NCBI RefSeq assembly: GCF_001194135.2
Contig: NC_069002.1
Coordinates: 14,997,559-15,061,558 of the forward strand
DNA from: Octopus bimaculoides
Lineage: Eukaryota
DNA: 64,000 bases
Reading direction: 5' to 3'
Position 1 is the first letter of the stretch; each line of letters begins with the position of its first letter. The notes under the pieces were generated by a model, which did no database searches, had not been told where the DNA came from, and was given only the letters and a program-made list of their open reading frames with translations. The translations under genes and the position numbers were made by a program. Positions 52,402 through 63,000 of the stretch are shown piece by piece.

Positions 52402-55400
52402 CACACATGCACATATAGTGAGACAGTGACAGAAAGGGAAATTCTTTGTGTAACCATACCTTAATTTTCTTCCCACCATTGAGACGATAAATCTTAGTTC
52501 CTGGTGTAAGTTCTCCGTTCTGGTAGAGTGTAATGGTCAGAGTCTTTTTCTTAATTTTCAACGAAGATCCACACCTGTCAATCAGTATGACATCATCACC
52601 TGATCTCACTGCAACGGCACAGTTACAGGAGGCACGACCTTTACAGCTTCTGTAGAATGCATTTACCTATAAGTGCATAACAGATGAAAAAAAACAACAA
52701 AACATTCAGCAATTGAACAGTAAATAAATAGACAGACTGACAGACATATAGATACAGAGAACAAGTTGCCTTTGAGTTTCAATTCTACAAGAAGACAACG
52801 ACTAGTTTCTCTGGTATAGAGAATATATTACTGATGTCTTGGTTATGTATGAAGTGGCTCTTACTTTACCTTCATAACTTAGTCCAGTTTTTTTCATGTA
52901 AGACATTTCTTACCTCCTTTTATTATACTCTATTATTTGTAGCTGTGTTTAGATTGCAGTAAGCTCATTAAAAGAATTATGTGTGTGTGTGTGAGAGAGA
53001 GAGAGGGGGGGGGGAAAGAAAGAAAAGGAGAGAGAGCGAGTGAGAAAGGGAGAGAAAGGTAAGAAATGCAGAAAATGTATTACTCCTTCTGCATTTCTTG
53101 TTACTATATCACTCAAACACCACTCACAGGTTTGTCCAGTGCCATGATGGTTATTTTCAAACTTCATAAAACATAGGAGTGGAGTATAGAACTCTTTAAT
53201 ATATATATGTGTGTGTGTGATAAAACAAATGCACATTTATGCATAAAAAAAACGATAAATGTCGCCCTTTCAAAGCCTAGCCAGGCTCATGGGCCCGGTT
53301 TCCCGGTTTCTATTGCACCTCCACACATTTATGCATACATAGATAATATTCACCAAATATTTTTAAAGAGTGAAATAAATCAACAATAAGAATAAACTTA
53401 CGGCATATGGTAAACGCTTGTGGCGATAGAGAACAAATTCACCATGTTTGAAGTTGTCATAGACTCTGGAAAATTATATGAATAATATTTCAATTAAAGC
53501 AAAATAAATACTTCTAGCATTCAATGAAAAAACAAAAAAAAAACCAACAACAGCACATTCTTTGAATTTCTTTTAGACTGAAATTATTTACATTTTAATT
53601 AATAAGTCATGAACTGTATTTTGCTGAAAATTTCTAAAAATAATGAAATAGTACTATACATGATTACCAGTAACTGAATTTTTTAGAACTTATTAAGTAA
53701 ACAGGAAAAAGAAATTAATATTAAATTCCATGTTACTTTTCATTGAATTTCAATTTCAGATTTCTTATCCTGCTTTGAATTATGATGAAATGATTACCTC
53801 CCTTGTAATAGCTGTGACAGTCAGGTGGTGAAGATATGGCTTTCAAAGGTTAGTTTTTTGAACACCCTGGTCAAATATTGCCATTCTTCACAGCTATCAT
53901 TTTAACTGGTTGCCATGCATGCATGCATACATGTATGTCATTATTCGGTTTTATTTCAAGAATCCAAGCTGAATGATAATGATGATGATAATAATAATAA
54001 TAATAATAATAATATCGAAAAATACCTTAGGAATGAGAACCCAGGTTTGAAATTTCCCCAAAACACCTGATGAAGGCTGGAGGGTATATCAGCCGAAACA
54101 TTGTGTTAACAACAAACAAGATGAGGACAAATATCCGTCAAATGTAAACAATGTACATAATTCCTCATCTTTTAAATATAGAACTGTATTAATGCTATCA
54201 ATCTCATCAATCTGTGAAGATTGATGACCAATGCTTCTTCCTTCAGAATCACCATGGTCTCAAAAAGGAGCTCAAATTTTATTTAAAAAAAAAAAACAAA
54301 GCAATAACAGTAATGTGTGTGCAATCCTAAAAAGTAGTGTATGCCACTGGTAGTAACCAATCCTGGTGGCCCATTGAAGTAATCTCCAAAAGGTCACCAG
54401 GCTTGAAAAGAAAAGTTTATGCTTTATCAAATATATTTGAAACAATCACTGGAAAATATTTTACTTTTTATCAAATGTGGTTATGTGAGGATCATTGATC
54501 GATTTACAAATGCTTCTCTTGTCACGGTCGATGATTTTCAACTAGAAAGAAATAAAGGAATAGAGAAAAGAAAATAAGATTAAATATTGTAATCTGAACA
54601 TTATTATTTCGTAGAGACAAATAGGGGAAACATGCATAAAACTAGTTTCAGGTTCCAGGTGTTTATTTATGGGTTTCTGATTCTGGCTCAGGTACTCATG
54701 TGTTGCCTGTCATAAAGAGTAAAGACCTCTTTCAGTTATGACTGACCATGGGATTGCACCTAGAAAGTTACTCTCCGAGGCACAAGTACAGACAAGGCTG
54801 TTTATGGAAGACTAATGATTTTTCTCTGTTTATATATTTAACACAAAGTCAAAGGTATGCTAACATACCAAATGCTGTGAGCGAAAAAGAAAAATTTAAT
54901 CAATTGATTAAAACAGGGCATTTGAGGGCAGAGATGGGGTAGAATTACAGTGTGCTTTGTGATAATTTACATTCTGAGTTCAAATCTTGCCATATCCTAC
55001 TTGAATGGCAGACTGAACTTTAGTAGAATTGGCTCAATTCTATTACTAGAATTAATTAGGTCTCCAGTTTGACAAACCCTTTCTTCTTCCTTTTCCCTTA
55101 GGGAATGAAAAGGGAAGTCACTAGAAGCAAGGCAAGTTTTTAACCCTTTAGCATTCAGATCATTCTGTTAAATGTCATACTTATTTATTCACATTATTTT
55201 GAATTACTCATGCACTATCTTGTAAGCTCTGAGATTTTGATGATGTAATTGTTTATTTTTAGAATAACATTGTAGTATAGGTGTGAGAGGCAAGATCTAA
55301 CTGATTTTAACATAAAACAGGTTGAATATTTTGGCTGGTTATGGCCAGGACTGCTTATAATATTCCTTCCTGGCATTGGCAGATAGTCTTGAATTTTGGA

Positions 55401-58400
55401 AAGACAGCCATTATTAGTTTTTATTGGATCTGTTATTCCATACTTTATTTTAATAATCTCATTAAGATGACAATAAAGTAAATTAATTATGGCAGATTTT
55501 TCATCTTAGAACATAAAGCACTATCACTAAATGTCACAAGATACTCACTGTCCTGTACTTTATTAAATCTGCCAATCCACCAGCCTAATTGTTTCTCACA
55601 CGGGCACAAGGCCAGAAATATGTGGGAGAGAAGTTAATCAATTAAATTGAACCCCAAAACATGACTTGTATATTTTATTAACTCAGGATGAAGAAAGGTG
55701 AAGTTGGCCTTGATAAGATTCCAACATTTTCAGTTGCATCTAAAGATTTTATTACCTTCGTGCGCTCAGGTCAGCGGATCCGTTTCAAGAAAAAGAACAA
55801 GAAACTTCCTGTGAGAAATGAAAAGTGGAACGACTATTTGGAAGTGACTGCAGATTTGCCTGGGTGCCAGGCATTCTTTCCCATCCCAGTTACGGAAAAA
55901 CCTGACATTTTAATGTGGTGTGAAAGATGGAAAGTTGTAAATCTAGTCGAGTTAACGGTTCCTCATGAAGATAATATGGACGTTGCGCAGGCTCGAAAGA
56001 TGGACCGTTATGTAAACCTCGAGAAATGTGAAGACGCAGGCTGGAAAGTGGAGCATTTTCCAATCGAAGTTGGATGTAGAGGATTTGTAGGACACAGTGT
56101 GAGACGACTGCTGTTATCGTTAGGCCTAACTCATCGTAAGGTAAATACCACCATGACCGATATCCAAAATACAGTGGAGAAGGCTAGCCACTGGATTTGG
56201 TTAAAAAGAGACGATGAGCGATGGCTAGAGAAATATTGAGCTTTGTTTTTAATAACCAGTTGATCTAGCAAGCGGGGCCTCATATCAGTGAGGGGGGCCA
56301 GTGCGCATTGATGCCGTTGAGAGGTAGGCCCCGAAACGGCGCACATTCTCTCCTGATGACCCCATGCACTTGCTGGCTTCCGGTATGCGGAGTTCTCGAC
56401 TGGTAGCACTTGCATGTGTGAGTTGTTTGCAAGACATCAGTTGCACACAAAGAGCAATGAAAAGGAATTGCTTTGTGGAAGGACACAAATGTACCACTTG
56501 GTCCTTCTAGTCATGAGTCCAACACTTAATTGCTAAGCCATGTACCTTCATTGTGAATCTAAAGTCAGAAATTCTTTCCTTCCTGCAGCAAAGTTATTTA
56601 CTGATTTTTTTTTTTTTTTATATTTCATGGACAGAGATAACCAGTTAGCAAAAAGCATTGCTAGTAAAATTTTGTAGATAGAAACTGTTTGGGACCTCTT
56701 TGGAAAGATTGTTCTTATTCTTAAATGCTGTACTTCATCTGACACTAAGTTAAACATTAGCATTAGGCACTGGGCTGGTCACTGGTTGTCTTTAGTAGCA
56801 TCACTTCCAGACCAAGTAACTTCTTCCTTTCCTCCACTAGACATGGAGACCCTAAAAGAAATCATGAGTAAAGCCTTTCTTCTTTGAAACTGTTGTTGTT
56901 GTTGGCACCCCGTCGCTTACGACGTCGAGGGTTCCAGTTGATCCGATCAACGGAACAGCCCGCTCATGAAATTAACGTGCAAGTGACTGAGCACTCCACA
57001 GACACGTGTTCCCTTAACGTAGTTCTCGTGGATATTCAGCATGACACAGTGTGACAAGGCTGACCCTTTGAATTACAAGCACAACAGAAACAGGAAGAAA
57101 GAGTGAGAGAAAGTTGTGGTGGAAGAGTACAGCAGGGTTCGCCACCATCCCCTGCCGGAGCCTCGTGGAGCTTTTAGGTGTTTTCGTTCAATAAACACTC
57201 ACAACGCCCGGTCTGGGAATCGAAACCGCGATCTTATGACCGCGAGTCCTCTGCCCTAACCACTGGGCCATTGCGCCTCCACTCTTTGAAACTAAACCAT
57301 TGAGAACAGAAACAATAAATAAAATAGAATCTCTTCTTTATACTAATTAAAGATAATAAAAGCAAATAAATAGAAACCAATGCAAAACTTACATCTACAG
57401 AGCCAAGCGTTTTCTCCATCTCCACCGTTCCGTTAAACACAACTTGACCTGAAAGTATAACAGTTCTTTTCTGAGTTTTATCTCGTAACCCATCTAAGGT
57501 TGCCATGATAGGGATCTTCAACACTTTGTTCCAGTTAATGTCTGTTATTGTATACATGCAACCTTCATACTTTCCCTCAGAGTTAAACTGTGCACCAAAC
57601 ACTGCTTGGGGAATACTTTCAGTTCCACACTGAAATTCTTTGTAGCTTGCCAGCCAAGTTCTAATCTGTATAGTGCATTCAGAGGTGTTGTCATTGTTGT
57701 TGATGTTGGTGGTGGTGTTACATAATAGATATGGTGGTAAGTTGGACTGAACAGATATAAATCCAGATGGGTCACCTTCAATTACTTTCATTTTACTCTC
57801 TTTAATCTGTAACAGAAGAAAAAGAAATGAGAATAAACAACAAACACACACACACACCATGATTTAATGTCTAGAGTCCATGCTGGCATCAATAAAATGG
57901 TTTGAGGTATCAAATGCATTAAAGGACCACATCATAATTAGATGTCTGCCACATGGTTTCTCGGCGATCTTTCGGTACTAGTCCGCCATAACTTCCGGTC
58001 GTTGCGTGCACGCATACTGATTACATGATCGTATAGTGTATTTATGTGTTTAAAGTTTGAGAACTGTATGCATCTGAGGGGGAGAAGGTTTGAGTTTAGT
58101 GGGCCATTCATTGTTTTTTTCTATTTAATGTTGTCTTTTCATATTTTCAAGTCATTTAAAAACAAACGCACTATACGATAATGTAATCAGTATGCGTGCG
58201 CACAACGACCGGAAGTTATGGCGGACTAGTATCGAAAGGTCGCCAGTTTCTCTGACTGAATGCTCTTCTTTATGCCAACCTCCTAACAGAGCACATTGGG
58301 TGGTTCTTTTTTTCCATGGCACAAGCACTAGTTAAGATCTATTCATAACTTGTAAGGCTCAGAGCCTAAAACAGCCCCTATAAGTGAGTGAATATAGAAG

Positions 58401-59998
58401 AGAGAGTTGGGCATGATTTTAAGTGGAATGGTAGGGAACAGGAGAGAGAAAAGAAAGAGTATTAGAGTAGAAGAATACCGTCTTTCAGAGATGCTGTTCC
58501 ACTTTTGAAGCACCCATGCCACTTAAAACATTGTGTGTGACCCCTTCCCTCATTACTGAAGCATGCTCAATGTCCCTGTAGGAGACTTCTGAAGTTTAAT
58601 ACAAAATTTCACATTGGCTCTTTGTTTCAGTTTCCTGTCCATGACAAAAATCACTGTTTACAGCATACATGTGATTACAAAAAACACAAATTTCACAGCT
58701 CACCAAATAAACACAGTGATGTCACTTGGCACACTGTCTCATGAAGATCACAGCTAGCTCTCATTGCACATGCAATCATGTGCTGCTATCTGCTGCCATA
58801 CTACAGAAGTAGTCAGGGAACTTTTCAATACCACCTCATACATGCAGTTGCAGTCTCCACAATTATTGCATTTTCTTTGCTAATGATATACCTCCAGAAT
58901 GTGCAGTGAAACTTCAAATATTGCCTTTGGCTAACAGGTCCATTTTCTAGTCATTGGCCCTCGTGCTGGTGGCACGTAAAAAGCACCCACTACACTCTCT
59001 GAGTGGTTGGCATTACGAAGGGCATCCAGCTGTAGAAACTCTGCCAAATCAGATTGGAGCCTGGTGTAGCCATCTGGTTTCACCAGTCCTCAGTCAAATC
59101 GTCCAACCCATGCTATCATGGAAAGCGGATGTTTATCGACGACGACGACAATAGGTAGGTAGAAATTGTGTAGAAGCTTGTATGAAGTTTATGTGTTCTA
59201 GGGAGGCCAACTTAATTCAATGTCTGGTTTAATGTCAGGACCTGGTTCTTGGACACTTAGTCAGAGTTTACTCTATTGTCTGTATTCAGACTAAATTATC
59301 CAATCAAAAGATAATGCAGTATTCTGATTAGCTGCTTCCTCCCGAAGCAAATTAGGACCCTTGGCTCCTTTGTCCTTTCTTTTCAACTGCATCAGTCTCA
59401 GAGGCCCAACTCAAATATTCACGGTTGAAACTCTTCTTACTCTGACTAAACTATAAATAAAAAGAAAAAGAAGAAAAAAAACTTACAGTAATTTCAGCAG
59501 AAAATGGTTTACTTGTTCTTTCAGGACCATAGATGAAACTGCAGTTTGATGACTTGCAAGCTTTCACTCCACATTTGATCTAGAAAATAAATACACGAGA
59601 TATTTTAAATGAAATTATCTTAATTAACCAAGCATTTAGCTACAAAATACAATTATTAAAAATCATTTCAGACACCAGGGTTGTGAAACCAAAAGAACCA
59701 AAATTATTGACCCCGTAATCATAAATTCAGTTATTGATTTGTATTTTAACTGCTTACTTTAGAATTAGGGAAGTGAAGAGTTTAGTTATGGCTTCGCTCA
59801 TACTTGAATGAGTAATGGCAGAAAATAGAGTTAGGCGCAGGAGTGGCTGTGTGGTAAGTAGCTTGCTTACCAACCATATGGTTCTGGGTTCATTCCCACT
59901 GCGTGGCACCTTGGGTAAGTGTCTTCTACTATAGCCTCGAGCTAACCAAAGCCTTGTGAGTGGATTTGGTAGACGGAAACTGAAAGAAGCCCGTCGTA

Positions 59999-60029
<31 letters not shown>

Positions 60030-63000
60030 GTATGCGTGTGTATATGTTTGTGTGTCTGTGCTTGTCCCCCCCAACATCGCTTGACAACCGATGCTGGTGT
60101 GTTTACGTCCCCGTAACTTAGCGGTTCGGCAAAAGAGATCGATAGAATAAGTACTAGGCTTCCAAAGAATAAGTCCTGGGGTCGATTTGCTCGACTAAAA
60201 AGGCGGTGCCCCAGCATGGCCACAGTCAAATGACTGAAACAAGTAAAAGAGTAAAAGATAGTCGAAAGTTAAGTGAGTAGTAGAAGATTATTGTATGGGT
60301 GGTGGTAGAAAGTGGGAGTAGCAGTTGTGGAAGAAGTGAGATACAGCTGTAAAATCAAATTCACACACAAATTGATAAACATCAATGGTAGACGAACAGA
60401 AACTGAGCTGTTATGTGAGGAGGAGGGAAGGAGGAGGAGATCAATAGTAGTATGTGTTGTTGGCATTCCGTCGCTTACGACGTCGAGGGTTCCAGTTGAT
60501 CCGATCAACGGAACAGCCTGCTCGTGAAATTAACGTGCAAGTGGCTGAGCACTCCACAGACATGTGTACCCTTAACGTAGTTCTAGGGGATATTCAGCGT
60601 GACACAGTGTGGTAAGGCTGGCCCCTTTGAAATACAGGTACAACAGAAACAGGAAGTAAGAGTGAGAGAATGTTGTGGTGAAAGAGTACAGCAGGGTTTG
60701 CCACCATCCCCTGCCAGAGCCTCGTGGAGCTTTTAGGTGTTTTCGCTCAATAAACACTCACAACGCCTGGTCTGGGAATCGAAACCGCGATCCTATGACC
60801 GCGAGTCCGCTGGCCTAACGACTTGGCCATTGTGCCTCCACCAATAGTAGTATAACCTCCCACTATAAGCAGTTGTTTTATCAATGATGAAAGAAAGACA
60901 AACCCATCCTTTACTAAGATTATGAAATAAGCATCTACATTTAATATTTACAAATGAAAACTTTGTTACTTTCAAATTTCATCAATTTTTTTTTGTTAAT
61001 TTAATTATACTTGTAAAAAGTTATGAAAATCAAGCTTGTTCTCTTCTCACCTTACTGCCATAAGTTAATGCGGTGAAATATTTACTTTCAATATCTGAAA
61101 AACTCTCGTTTGATCTGGGAAATTGTGAGGAGTTAACAACCATTTCATCAATGTACCAAGTGACTGTATAGCTTATGTTAGCTTCCTGCAGATATTTGAA
61201 GGAACAGCGGAAATATTGTTCAGAGATATTTATTCCATGGAATGATAGCATTGGTCTTTCTTTGAAGAATGGTGAGTCTAAAAAAAAATAATAAATATAC
61301 AATTCAAAAAAACTATAGCGCACAAATAAAAATGTTAAAGATGTTTATTACATTCGTTGGTCTGAGAGGCCTAGTGAGTTGAAACACAGACCTGACAACA
61401 CAAGTTCACAAAAAGAATGACCAAGGTTCAAATCCTGCTGGAGACACGATTTTGGAAAGCAGCAGGACACCTAGGGGTCATGACCTGGGTGGGCCTGGCT
61501 CCTGTAGAGTGTCACATATAAGGATCAAACTACTTGTTGGATGGGGACTCTTCCTCTGAAGATCGCTTCTGCCATGTACTCACCTTGTGGTGAGTTTCTG
61601 TCATTTTTTGAGAGTGTAGTCAATAAAATGATAAACACATTAGGTGCTGTGTGATTCCTAATTAACAACATTTAATCTGAAATATTTCTTCATCAATAAA
61701 GGGTGTATATAACACATTCATGTGCTTTTACTTCATCAGAGATAGGACTTAGCATTTTTAATTTGAGATAGTAATTTTGAGAAAAATTACTGACAGTAAC
61801 AAGAAGTTATTTTACATAAATTCTAAGAAAATTTATTTATTATAGCAAAAAATATTATTATGATTAGCAATGCAATAAATTAGCAAAATGTTGGTAAATG
61901 TGTGATTTTAACACATTTGTTAATATATAGTCCATAAATTTGTTGACCTGACAATTGTAGTGTATATTTGTCAAGGATAAATATATTTGTTTTTAAAATT
62001 CGTTTGTGTAAATTATCCCTTTTGTTTTCTTTTTTTTTTATTGTCCACAAGGGGCTAAACATAGAGGGGACAAACAAATGGATTAAGTCGATTACATCGA
62101 CCCCAGTGCGTAACTGGTACTTAATTTATCGACCCTGAAAGTCGACCTCGGCGGAATTTGAACTCAGAACGTAACAGCAGACGAAATACCGCTAAGCACT
62201 TCGCCCGGCGTGCTAACGTTTCTGCCAGCTCGCCGCCTTTTGTTTTCTGAGCCTGGTGTTGCCATCTGGTTTCACCAGTCCTCAGTCAAATCGTCCAATC
62301 CATGCTAGCATGGAAAGCGGACGCTAAATGATGATGATGATGATTGCAATTTGCTGAACTCTCTGAACTTGGAGGTAGAAAATTAAGTCAGAGCTCTGTT
62401 GGTGAGATGTATGTTATTGAGGTAGCACAATAATTAATATGATGATATTAGGCGATCTTTCGGAGAAAGTATATCGAAACTGAAAGTATTTGGCAATTTC
62501 TGTAAAAACTCTTATATCATTTCAGCTGAATAATCAAATCACTTATGTTTATGTATTTTTTGTGTAGGCGCAGGAGTGGCTGTGTGGTAAGTGTCTGTGG
62601 AGTGCTCAGCCACTTGCATGTTAATTTCACGAGCAGGTTGTTCCGTTGACCGGATCAACTGGAACCTTCGACGTCGTAAGTGACGGAGTGCCAACAACAA
62701 CATTGAACCCATGTTTACATCCAACTCTCTCTCCCCTCATATCTTACCCACTCTTGATCCTATTGTTATGCTCTCTTCTATTCACCTTCTTGGATATGTT
62801 ATCACGGGAGTATGTTCTGGTACCTCATCACTACCACATTTACTTTTTTTGTGACACCACTTCAGTTTTTGCTACTACTTTGGTCATATACTAAGCAGCC
62901 ATGAATCTCCTCCACAACAAAACTCTTCTATTCCTCCCATCATTTATCAACCTCTCAACATCTCACATATAGTGAACCTTGCCATCTCACATTCTCACTC

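Noticed and set aside
56300-56370. Hammerhead in the HERO-like 3'UTR (GAAAC ... CTGATGA)
   Set aside because: Only 16 nt separate the boxes and stem II flanks cannot pair (CCCC with CCCC), so no type I, II or III topology is possible.
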